A stretch of DNA of 64,000 nt from an uncultured Pseudomonadota bacterium (GTDB lineage Bacteria; Pseudomonadota; Gammaproteobacteria; Ga0077536): the NCBI GenBank assembly GCA_903825645.1, contig CAIKBL010000042.1, positions 117,289 through 181,288 on the forward strand, in the 5' to 3' direction. The translations under genes were made by a program, and so were the position numbers. Below the pieces are notes generated by a model. The model was not told where the DNA came from. It did no database searches and was given only the letters and a program-made list of their open reading frames with translations. Below, piece after piece: positions 10,301-18,535 of this stretch (position 1 is the stretch's first letter; every line of letters begins with the position of its first letter).

Positions 10301-10878
10301 CGAGACATCGCCCAGGCATGCAGGCCGAGGGTCAGGTATTCGTGCACATCGCATGGATACAGCACCGGAATCATCGCAGCGGCGAACTGGTGATCGCTCT
10401 GGTGGGGCAGGGTCGAGGAGTAGGCCCCATGATCATCACCGGCCACGAGGATCACCCCGCCGTGGCGCGAGGTACCGGCATGATTCAGGTGTTTGAACAC
10501 ATCGCCGCAGCGATCAACGCCGGGCCCCTTGCCGTACCACAAAGCGAAAACGCCGTCATAACGGGCCGGTCCCAGCAGGGCGACTTGCTGGGTGCCCCAC
10601 ACGGCCGTCGCGGCAAGCTCTTCGTTCACGGCGGGCCAGAACTTGATGTGGTGCCGACCGAGATGGGGAGCGGCTTTCCAGGCGGCCTTGTCGAGCCCGC
10701 CGAGCGGTGAGCCGCGGTAGCCGGAAATAAAGCCGGCCGTATTGAGGCCGTCGGCGACGTCGCGCAGGCGCTGCAAGATCGGCAAGCGAATGAGCGCTTG
10801 CACGCCGCTGAGGTAAATTCTGCCCGCCGTTGCGGTGTACTTATCGTCAAGCGTCAGATGTGGGTCGATGACCGACAT
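7354..10878 (-). CDS. iorA: indolepyruvate:ferredoxin oxidoreductase family protein (fused alpha/beta)
   Basis: ISGYRGSPLGG, YCAGCPHN, GIGCH, TPP motif LGDGTY, CEGCGDC ferredoxin motif, GVGGSGV, YKDEYEVARL; 1174 aa. Confidence 0.9.
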   Translation of the reverse strand: MSVIDPHLTLDDKYTATAGRIYLSGVQALIRLPILQRLRDVADGLNTAGFISGYRGSPLGGLDKAAWKAAPHLGRHHIKFWPAVNEELAATAVWGTQQVALLGPARYDGVFALWYGKGPGVDRCGDVFKHLNHAGTSRHGGVILVAGDDHGAYSSTLPHQSDHQFAAAMIPVLYPCDVHEYLTLGLHAWAMSRFSGCAVGFKALADTVESSASVSADPFLVETRFPDYPNLPPQGLNARLSNEPLGRQARQQEALMQDFKIYAALAYARENHLNRIVWNSRPARLGVVASGKSYVDVLEALEELGIDERAAQQIGLRLFKVSMPWPLEAESIREFATGLEEIVVVEEKRQLIEYQLKEQLYNWRDDVRPRVIGKFDEHGEWVAPRGEWLLPAKGDFSIAQIARVLANRLQRFHHSDAITARLHFLEAKEAALVHTFKPPPRSAYYCAGCPHNRSTRTPEGSIALAGIGCHVMATAIFPESNRTMTQMGGEGVTWIGQAPFSTLEHVFANLGDGTYYHSGSLAIRAAVAAGVNITYKILFNDAVAMTGGQPIDGPLSVRDIVHQVAAEGVRRIAVVAENPAPHRAQAMSAPLVTVHDRTELEAVQQTLRDYPGVSVLVYDQTCAAEKRRRRKQGQFPKAPRRVFINPEICEGCGDCGRASNCTAILPLETTLGRKRAIDQDACNGDLSCVEGFCPSFVTVEVETPARRRADVSVLSAEIELPEPPVPTLPRPFNILVTGVGGSGVITVGALLGMAAHLEGKRVSVLDMTGMSQKNGAVMSHIRIADDDTHLRGQRIAAGEADLLLAYDLITAGDPEVVARIHADRTVAVVNTFEQPTGAFAQDREWTFPRAELVDLLTTAVSGRYTALDSTDLAESLLGNTQSGNLLLLGFAFQRGHIPLSARALLRAIDLNGVAVKDNIQAFTLGRRAAVARVDALAVTAETEAAAAVDPLTRLQDRVEALATRLCAYQHRGYANRFRQLVETVRQRDSAAQDYALTQAVAEGYYRVLAYKDEYEVARLFSLPAFQQQLNTAFGGSPKLNFHLAPPLLGRRDAAGRPQKQAFGPWLRPVLQVLQHFKGLRGTPFDPFGYTAERKLERRLIEAYRQSIEMGLQHLTPASYSQLVSLAQVVDSIRGFGHVKQAALRAALPVWHDLERTLGYGSLDLGEALARAAEA

Positions 10879-11217
10879 GGGAGTTCTCCAAAATTGTGTT
10901 CTGGGTGGAGCAGGCGAAGAGCATCGGGTGGATGCTCGCCAGCCTCGGGCGTTCAGATCTTCGGATAGAAAATCGTCGCGCGGGGTCGATTGCCCTCGGC
11001 GGTAGGCGCGGGGTGATCGAAGGGGCCAACACGTTAATAAAGAGACACGGTCTTGCTGGGCAAATCACCTCCGGAGTAAAGCATGCGGCCGACATCCGGG
11101 CCATCGATGGCAGAGTATCGCAGGCGCTCCGGTTCGTACAACGTGGAAACCCGCCGTGGGGACCGCGAAACGCCAGCAGCCGGCATCAGCTGCGGCGATC
11201 GCCGCCGGCCCCAGCTT

Positions 11218-11233
11218 GATTTGTCCGGACAAG
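11218..11233. promoter_or_regulatory. putative GntR/HutC operator (perfect palindrome TTGTCCGGACAA)
   Basis: 12-bp perfect palindrome at 11221-11232 in the iorA / lyase divergent spacer, with the same GAT...G flanks as the 6425 site. Confidence 0.65.
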
Positions 11234-11364
11234 ATCGGGCATTCTCGCGCCAGCCGTCAGGGCCTCCCGAACTTCACTCAACTCCCGCGCGCGCCGCCGC
11301 CAGGCGATCTCGCGCCCCGCCGTGCGGGCGCCGCACCGCTGGCCAGACCACAGGAACTACTCGC

Positions 11365-12132
11365 ATGTATAAAAAAGCCAATCCGGTCACCCGTCTGTGC
11401 ACGAGCGACGTCGATAACATCTTGATCCGAGGTAGAAATCTGTGTGACGAGCTGATCGGGAAAGTGACGTTTACCGATTTCATTCTGTTTCATTTCTTCG
11501 GTAAAGATCCGACTCCCATGCAGCGTACGATTGTGGACGCGGTCATGGTGTGCATCATGGAGCACGGCATGACTCCCTCCGCCGTTGCCACGCGCATCAC
11601 CTACCTCGGCGCCCCCGAATCGCTCCAGGGCGCAGTGGCCGCCGGACTCCTCGGCGCCGGGACGCGGTTCGTCGGCGCGGCCGATGAAGCCGCTAAACTC
11701 CTCACGCGCATCACCGCCCAGCCGCTCGCCGCGCGGGCCGCGGAAGCCGCCGCAATCGCACAGGAATACACCGCTGCCAAGAAATTCCTGCCGGGTTATG
11801 GTCACCCGATTCACGTCAACGGCGATCCGCGCGTGACCCGACTCAACGCAGTGGCGCGTGCGGCCGGCGCCCAGGGCGACTATCTCGATGCCATGTTTCT
11901 GCTCGGGGACGCCATCAAGGTCGCCAGCGGTAAAAATATCGTGATCAACGTCAATGCCGCGATCGGCGCCGTGCTGCTCGAAGCCGGGATCCCGCCCAGT
12001 ATCGCGCGCGGTTTCAATCTCATCGCCCGTTGTGCCGGTCTGGTCGGTCACCTGCTGGAAGAGCAGGAAGAGCCGGCCGGCTACCACATCTGGCAACTGG
12101 CGGACGAAGGCGTGCCCTACGAGGCACCCTGA
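11365..12132 (+). CDS. citryl-CoA lyase-like protein (citrate synthase family)
   Basis: IRGRNLCDELIG, EHGMTPS, PGYGHPIH, DPR, INVNAAIGA, ARCAGLVGH; ATG after AGGA. Confidence 0.85.
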   Translation: MYKKANPVTRLCTSDVDNILIRGRNLCDELIGKVTFTDFILFHFFGKDPTPMQRTIVDAVMVCIMEHGMTPSAVATRITYLGAPESLQGAVAAGLLGAGTRFVGAADEAAKLLTRITAQPLAARAAEAAAIAQEYTAAKKFLPGYGHPIHVNGDPRVTRLNAVARAAGAQGDYLDAMFLLGDAIKVASGKNIVINVNAAIGAVLLEAGIPPSIARGFNLIARCAGLVGHLLEEQEEPAGYHIWQLADEGVPYEAP

Positions 12133-12181
12133 TCGCGCGCGCCCATTCTTGCCTTACGACGGCCCTCGGAGTAACCACACC

Positions 12182-14494
12182 ATGACCCAGACCAAAACGT
12201 CACCTGAACACCAGGAACTCGAAACCATGCTGCGCGACAGCGCCGCCGACTTTTGCGCACGGGCGCTGAAGCGGGAGCGTCTGCGGGCGCTCCGCGGGGC
12301 GGCCCCCGCCTATGATCGGGCACTCTGGCGCCAAATGGCCGAACTCGGCTGGACCGAAATTTTGGTCCCCGCCACACAGGGCGGCCTCGGTCTCGGCGTG
12401 ACGGCCATTGCCGTGGTGTCCCGCAAGCTGGGCAGCGTCATCGCCCCGGAGCCGCTGCTCGAAACCGCGGTGGCGGCCGTGAGCGTGCTCTGCAGTCTGG
12501 GCGATCCGAGTCCGTGTCTGCCCGCCCTGACCGCCGGCACGCACGTGATCGTACCCGCCCTCGGCCAGGTCGGCGGGGACGCTTTTGCCGCCCTACACGC
12601 CACCGCGGTCGATCAATCGCATACCTTGGACGGCACCGTGACGGCACTGCCTCTGGGTCCGGACGCCGATCAGTGGTTGCTGCCAGCAACGCTGGCCGGG
12701 CAGCCGGCCTGGTTCCTCGTCAGCGCCCAGGCCCCCGGCGCCCACTGCGTCTCCCGAGAACTGGCCGACGGCAGCCGGGACGGCCATCTCACCCTGACCG
12801 CGTGCGCCGCCCAACTGCTCGGGCACGGCGAGCCTGCCCGCGCCGCGCTGGCGCTTGCCCGCACCCGAGTTGAAATCGCCTCCGGCGCCTATCTGCTCGG
12901 GCTGGCGGAAACGCTGTTCGCCATGACGCTCGATTATGTCGGGACCCGCCGCCAGTTCGGACAGGCCATCGGCAGCTTCCAGGTGCTGCAACACCGACTG
13001 GTCGACTTGTATATCGGGCTGCGGCTCACGGATGCGGTGCTCTCCGAGAGCTGTGCCACCATCGCGGAGGGGGCGGATGCACAAACCGCCGCCAGTCGCC
13101 TGCGGTACCGCGCCTGCGAAACCACCCTGGCGGTTATCCGGGAGGCCGTACAGATGCACGGCGCCATGGGCTACACCGACGAATGCGATGTCGGGCTCTA
13201 TCTGAACCGGGCGCTGGTGGTGATCACCCGTTACGGCAATGCCCGCGAACACGTCGCCGCGCTATCCGGCAACGGCACCCTACTCGCCGGGAGCGCGCAA
13301 GGGGCGGTCCTCCCCACGGTCAACATCAACTGCGCGACCCCCTCCGACGGTTGGAACAGTCTCGACAACGACACCTTCAGAGCGATCGTGCGCGGTTGGC
13401 ACGAAACACACTATCCGAGCGCGCTGCGCAATCCGCGCTCGCGCCCCCGCTGGACGCAATGCCGCGACTGGTATGCCACCCTGTATGCGCGCGGCTGGGC
13501 CGCGCCGGGCTGGCCGGCCGAGCATGGCGGGATGGGGCTCAGTCCAGACAAGCTCCTCATCTTCATCGAAGAGCGAGAACGCTGGGGGGTGGCGCGCACG
13601 CCGGATCAAGGGATCGTCATGGTCGGGCCGGTGTTAATGCAGCACGGCACGCCCACACAGCTCGCGCAGTATCTCCCCAAAGCCTTAAGCGGCGAGCACA
13701 TCTGGTGTCAGGGTTACTCGGAGCCGAACGCCGGATCTGACTTGGCCTCGTTGCGCACGAGCGCCGTGCGGGAAGGCGACGAATTCGTCATCAATGGACA
13801 GAAGATCTGGACCACCATGGCGCAAGATGCGACCCATATGTTCTGCCTGGTGCGAACCGATCCCCAAGCCAAACCCCAGCGGGGAATAAGCTTCGTGCTC
13901 ATCGACTTCAAGAGCCCGGGGATCACGGTGCGCCCCATCCGCAACATCTCGGGAGATTCGGAATTCTGCGAAGTCTTTCTCGACAATGTCCGCATCCCGG
14001 TCGACAGCGTAGTCGGCGCGCTGCATGACGGCTGGACCATTGCCAAAGCCTTGCTGGGCTTCGAGCGCCTGTTCATCGGCAGCCCCAAATATGGCCAGTA
14101 CGCATTGAACCGGCTACGCAGTCTTGCCGCGGCCCGCGGCCTGCTGGCCGATCCGGTGTTCGTCGACAAACTCACGCGCTTCACGTTGGACGTCGCTGAT
14201 CTGGAGGCCCTGTACAAGGTATTTGCGGACGTCGTAAAGCGCGGCGAGACCCTCGGTGCGGATGTCTCAACGCTCAAAATCTGGGCCAGTGAAACTTTTG
14301 CGCGGCTCAGCGAATTTCTGATCGAATCCGCCGGCCAGATGGGCGCCCAAGTGGGCGACATTGCGTTCGGGGACACTACTGTCGATGTGATGACGCAGTA
14401 TTGGAACGCGCGACCCACGACCATCTATGGCGGCAGTAACGAAATCCAGCGGAACATCATCGCCAAGCAGGTGTTGCGGCTGCCGGCGAATTAG
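12182..14494 (+). CDS. fused two-domain acyl-CoA dehydrogenase
   Basis: N-half has RRQFGQAIGSFQVLQH and QMHGAMGYTDE; C-half has WCQGYSEPNAGSDLASL, GQKIWTT and IYGGSNEIQRNII. Confidence 0.92.
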   Translation: MTQTKTSPEHQELETMLRDSAADFCARALKRERLRALRGAAPAYDRALWRQMAELGWTEILVPATQGGLGLGVTAIAVVSRKLGSVIAPEPLLETAVAAVSVLCSLGDPSPCLPALTAGTHVIVPALGQVGGDAFAALHATAVDQSHTLDGTVTALPLGPDADQWLLPATLAGQPAWFLVSAQAPGAHCVSRELADGSRDGHLTLTACAAQLLGHGEPARAALALARTRVEIASGAYLLGLAETLFAMTLDYVGTRRQFGQAIGSFQVLQHRLVDLYIGLRLTDAVLSESCATIAEGADAQTAASRLRYRACETTLAVIREAVQMHGAMGYTDECDVGLYLNRALVVITRYGNAREHVAALSGNGTLLAGSAQGAVLPTVNINCATPSDGWNSLDNDTFRAIVRGWHETHYPSALRNPRSRPRWTQCRDWYATLYARGWAAPGWPAEHGGMGLSPDKLLIFIEERERWGVARTPDQGIVMVGPVLMQHGTPTQLAQYLPKALSGEHIWCQGYSEPNAGSDLASLRTSAVREGDEFVINGQKIWTTMAQDATHMFCLVRTDPQAKPQRGISFVLIDFKSPGITVRPIRNISGDSEFCEVFLDNVRIPVDSVVGALHDGWTIAKALLGFERLFIGSPKYGQYALNRLRSLAAARGLLADPVFVDKLTRFTLDVADLEALYKVFADVVKRGETLGADVSTLKIWASETFARLSEFLIESAGQMGAQVGDIAFGDTTVDVMTQYWNARPTTIYGGSNEIQRNIIAKQVLRLPAN

Positions 14495-14583
14495 CCCGAC
14501 GCGCTTCCCCCCGTTGCGGGGCGGTAGCGCGGGTTCACCCGACACCCCGGGCCGTGACGGTCCGGGGGATCTCCCACGGGGAC

Positions 14584-15825
14584 TTATCGGTAGTGGGGCA
14601 TGACCTCGCGGCCAAAGCGCTCCAACATCCGCTTCATGTCATCCATCGGCAAGTAGCCTTGATCCGACTGCCAGATGAACCATTCTGGGTTCGCGGTCTC
14701 CACCAGCAAGTCCATTTCCTTGCGCACATCTTTTTCATTCCCGACCAAGCAGAAATGGGATTTTTCGAAGCGCTCCATCGTCGCTTCCGATACCGGCAAG
14801 GGCTGGTTCGGGAAGTTGATGTCATCCTCAGGCAACCGGAAGGCGTCGGTGAAACCGAAGTCGTGCGCCCAGCCCGGCCAGCCCGTGCCCATCAAGCCTT
14901 TCATGGCCAGATCGCGCGCCTGCTGACGGGTGTCGGCCATGTAGACGCCCCGGAACACCCCAAAGTTCTCGCCAAGGGCGAGCGCGCGACCATGCAGGGC
15001 GGCCTCTTCGACATGGACCTCGGCAAAACGCCGCAAAATCGCCGGATCGGAGGTCAACACCGTCGGGATTGAGCCTTCCTTCGCCGCCCAGCGGATGGTG
15101 CTTTCGCTCTGGGAGAATGCCTGGAAAAGTGGCGGATGCGGCTTCTGGTAGGGCTTCGGCACCACATCAATCAGCTGGATGTTGCCAGCATCATCGACTT
15201 CCCCTGGCGAGCCGTATTTACGGGTCCAGTTGTGCGCCGGCCACGGGGTCCCGGTCTCGTAGGGATAAGGATATTCGTAGTACTTGCCCTTATAGCGGAA
15301 ACCGCCGTCTTTCCAGGCCAGCTTGATGATGTCAAAGACTTCCTGAAACGCTTCGCGGTTCACCGCATCATTGGTCGGTTGGCTTTCCTTGGTATTCATG
15401 GCGGCCGCACCGACGTGCAGATGTTGGGCCATCTGGTTCAGCCAGCGCGCCTGGTAACCCCGGGCGAAGCCGACAATCGTGCGTCCCTTGGTGATTTGAT
15501 CAAGCCAGGCGATTTCCAGGGCGAGTCGCAGTGGATCCCAACCCGCGAGGACATAGCCGATCGGACCGGCCTTGATAGTTTTGGTGTTGGCCAGAACATG
15601 CTGCGTCAGCAGCGGCAGGCTGCCCATTTCACCGCCCTCGGTGTGCAGGTGATGTTCGGGATAGGTCACTGCGGTGAAGCCGAGATCTTCGGCCATCTGC
15701 GAGAGCTCGACGACCTCGTCGAGCATCTGTTGGAACTTGTCCGTGCGACTGGCAATGGGGCGCAGTTTTTCACGCTCGTCCAGGGTTGCCGGAATCGCCG
15801 GGTAGAAGAAAAAAACAAATTTCAT
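14584..15825 (-). CDS. LLM-class (bacterial luciferase-like) flavin-dependent oxidoreductase
   Basis: AEDLGF...PEHHLH, DPLRLALEIAWLDQITKGR, PKPYQKPHPP, FGREVMP. Confidence 0.88.
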   Translation of the reverse strand: MKFVFFFYPAIPATLDEREKLRPIASRTDKFQQMLDEVVELSQMAEDLGFTAVTYPEHHLHTEGGEMGSLPLLTQHVLANTKTIKAGPIGYVLAGWDPLRLALEIAWLDQITKGRTIVGFARGYQARWLNQMAQHLHVGAAAMNTKESQPTNDAVNREAFQEVFDIIKLAWKDGGFRYKGKYYEYPYPYETGTPWPAHNWTRKYGSPGEVDDAGNIQLIDVVPKPYQKPHPPLFQAFSQSESTIRWAAKEGSIPTVLTSDPAILRRFAEVHVEEAALHGRALALGENFGVFRGVYMADTRQQARDLAMKGLMGTGWPGWAHDFGFTDAFRLPEDDINFPNQPLPVSEATMERFEKSHFCLVGNEKDVRKEMDLLVETANPEWFIWQSDQGYLPMDDMKRMLERFGREVMPHYR

Positions 15826-16127
15826 CGACAGTCTCCAGTTGGGCGGGGGATCGCCACGCGCTGTTGGTTTCGGGACTCGGCAAAAACCTCGAAACCATGT
15901 AACCGGTCACCGAGGCGATGGCAGAGACGTGACACTTCACGAATTTTTCGGGCAACATTGTCGCAAGATACGGAAGGAAGTACACGCCGCAAAATAGCGG
16001 CCTCTGCGCCGGACCGTAACCAAGGAGGCTGCCCGTAATCACCGGGATGTTCAGGCGCGCCACGCGGAAGTGGCCGGCGACACGTCAAAGTGCAGCGCCG
16101 CGCCCCTAAATGCCCTAAAATCTTTGC

Positions 16128-16268
16128 GCCCACCGGTCTGCCCTCCCACGAGGAGATCACCGGAGAGGGGATGGCAAGCCCGTCCGCGCCGGGCACGGAA
16201 AAACACCGCGTGCGCCTGACGCGGACTACCCGACCCGGCAATCCCGGGCGGCAAGCCAAGAGGTTCAC
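16128..16268 (+). promoter_or_regulatory. structured 5' leader of ilvB (candidate cis-regulatory RNA)
   Basis: TAAAAT -10-like hexamer at 16116-16121; stems GTCCGCG/CGCGGAC (16182-16226), CCCGG/CCGGG (16234-16248) and CCTC/GAGG. Confidence 0.45.
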
Positions 16269-18107
16269 ATGAATCAAGACCCCGCGCGGCCCGCGGTCGA
16301 CAACATCACTTATGGCGACGTCGCCTCCGTCTCGGGCGCACCCCTGTCGGCGATCCGCGAGGAAGACCGCGGACACGCTAAGCGCGGCGCGCAAATTCTC
16401 GCCGCGGCCCTGCGTGCCGAAGGCGTCGAATGTCTGTTCGGTTATCCGGGCGGCGCCAATCTCGAAATCTTCGATGTGCTGTCCGAATTCGGCATCCTGT
16501 GTTACCGCACCGAACACGAGCAGGGCGCCATTCATGCGGCCCAGGGCTACGCGCGCGCCACCGGTCGGGTCGGCGTGTGTCTCGCGACCTCTGGCCCCGG
16601 CGCCTGCAATCTAGTCACGGGTCTTGCCGATGCGAAAAGTGACTCGACGCCTATTGTCGCCATCACCGGCAACGTCCCCAGCTACCTCCTCGGCAAAAAT
16701 GCCTTCCAGGAGGCTGACATCGTCGGCATCACGCGGCTGATCACCAAGATCAGCATTCTGGTCGGCAGTGTGGCCGAGATCCCGGCGGCCGTGCGCAAAG
16801 GGTTTGCGCACGCCGTCATCAATCGCCCCGGGCCGGTGCTGATTGATCTCCCCAAAGACATCCAGCAGCATTTTCCACGCGATCCCGAAGGCCGTTATGT
16901 CCCACCTCGGATCCCGGCGGTGATCGATTCACCCGAAGTCGTGGTGGGCGCCATTCCAGAGTCCCAGCTGAAGCAATGCTTGCGCATGATCGCCGAAGCC
17001 GAGCGCCCCGTGATCTATGCCGGTGGTGGCATCGTCTCGAGCGGCACGGAAGCACGCCTCGTCGCCCTCGCGGACAAACTCGGCTGCCCGGTGACCACGA
17101 CGATCATGGGCTTGGGCGCGGTGCCTTCCGACCACCCCCTGTGGTTACATGTGCTGGGCATGCACGGCAGCTACACCGCGAATGTGGCCGTCAACGAGGC
17201 CGATCTGGTGATCGCCCTGGGTGTGCGGTTTGACGATCGCGTGACGGGCAACGTGAAGGAATTCATCAAGGATGGCCAGATCATCCATATCGACGTCGAT
17301 CGCGCCGAACTTAATAAGAATAAGGGCGTGACGCTCGGCATCGCGGCCGATCTCAGCACGGCCCTCGAACAGTTGATCGAGGCCGCCGTGCCCGGCGACT
17401 ACGCCGCATGGCGGCGACGCCTCGAGGCGATGAAAGCGCAATACCCGCTCAAGGCCCGCACCCGCGAAATCCTCGGCGGGCCGGCGGCCATCGAGCTGCT
17501 CTCGGATATGACGGCGGGTGACGCGCTGGTGACCGTCGGCGTCGGACAACACCAGATGTGGGCCATGCAGCACTACGCCATCAATCGCCGGCGCTCCTTC
17601 CTGTCCAGCTCCGGCTTCGGCACCATGGGCTACGGGCTGCCCGCCGCCATCGGCGCCAAGGTGGGCTGTCCAGATCGGCTCGTCATCGATATCGACGGCG
17701 ACGGCAGCCTCAACATGAGCATTCACGAGCTCTCCACCTGCCACCGTTATGGCATTGGCGTGAAAATCGTGTGCATCAATAACCAGTGGCTGGGGATGGT
17801 GCGTCAGTGGCAGGACATGATCTATTCGGGACACCGGGCTAATTCCTCGCTCGGCGATCCGATGGCGGTGAAGGCCGTCAGCGATGACGACATTTATCCC
17901 GATTTCGTGACCATTGCGGCCGGTTACCGAATCAAGGCCGAACGCGTCAGCACGGCGCGCGATCTGCCGGCGGCCTACGCACGCCTGCTGGCCGATCCGC
18001 AGGAGCCCTATCTGCTCGATGTCATTGTCGATCGCGAGCAGAACGTCTACCCGATGATTCCGGCGGGCGGCAGCTATCGCGACATCATTCTGGAAGGCGA
18101 CGGTTAA
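16269..18107 (+). CDS. ilvB: acetolactate synthase large subunit
   Basis: FGYPGGA, HEQGAIHAAQGYAR, TSGPGA, LGMHG, RFDDRVTG, VGQHQMWA, GDGS...NN TPP motif, LGMVRQWQ. Confidence 0.93.
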   Translation: MNQDPARPAVDNITYGDVASVSGAPLSAIREEDRGHAKRGAQILAAALRAEGVECLFGYPGGANLEIFDVLSEFGILCYRTEHEQGAIHAAQGYARATGRVGVCLATSGPGACNLVTGLADAKSDSTPIVAITGNVPSYLLGKNAFQEADIVGITRLITKISILVGSVAEIPAAVRKGFAHAVINRPGPVLIDLPKDIQQHFPRDPEGRYVPPRIPAVIDSPEVVVGAIPESQLKQCLRMIAEAERPVIYAGGGIVSSGTEARLVALADKLGCPVTTTIMGLGAVPSDHPLWLHVLGMHGSYTANVAVNEADLVIALGVRFDDRVTGNVKEFIKDGQIIHIDVDRAELNKNKGVTLGIAADLSTALEQLIEAAVPGDYAAWRRRLEAMKAQYPLKARTREILGGPAAIELLSDMTAGDALVTVGVGQHQMWAMQHYAINRRRSFLSSSGFGTMGYGLPAAIGAKVGCPDRLVIDIDGDGSLNMSIHELSTCHRYGIGVKIVCINNQWLGMVRQWQDMIYSGHRANSSLGDPMAVKAVSDDDIYPDFVTIAAGYRIKAERVSTARDLPAAYARLLADPQEPYLLDVIVDREQNVYPMIPAGGSYRDIILEGDG

Positions 18108-18160
18108 GTCACCGCGCCGCTTGGTTTACGTCCCTGTCTTTATCACGGTCACAGGAGAAC

Positions 18161-18490
18161 ATGATGGCTATCTATGAAATGCGTACCTACACCCTGCAGG
18201 TCGGCAAGATGAGTGAGGCGGTGAAGCTTTATACCGAAATCGGCTATCCCGTGCTGCAGAAAAGCGGCCTGGACAAGAAGCTCATCGGTTATTTCCAGGC
18301 CGACACGGGCCTGATCAATCAGCTCGTCCACCTGTGGAAGTTTGATGACGACGCCGACCGGCGCGCGCATTGGGCGGCGCTCTATGCAAATCCGGATTTC
18401 ATGGACGGTTTTGCCCCGAAATTCCGTCCGCTACTCGTCTCCCAGGAAGTCAAATTACTGGTCGCCGCGCCCTGGGGTCCACATCCCTGA
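18161..18490 (+). CDS. NIPSNAP family protein
   Basis: IYEMRTYTL...GLINQLVHLWKFDDDADR pattern; about 108 aa. Confidence 0.88.
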   Translation: MMAIYEMRTYTLQVGKMSEAVKLYTEIGYPVLQKSGLDKKLIGYFQADTGLINQLVHLWKFDDDADRRAHWAALYANPDFMDGFAPKFRPLLVSQEVKLLVAAPWGPHP

Positions 18491-18535
18491 TTGGCAAAGT
18501 TTGCGTCGGCAAACCGCGCATAAGGAAACTAGCCC

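Noticed and set aside
14520-14531. ops-like sequence GGCGGTAGCGCG
   Set aside because: It is one arm of a hairpin between convergent genes, not in the leader of a long operon, and it deviates from the ops consensus ending in TG.
16171-16272. Classical ilv leader-peptide attenuator
   Set aside because: The uORF has only one Val and one Leu, and no terminator U-tract precedes ilvB.
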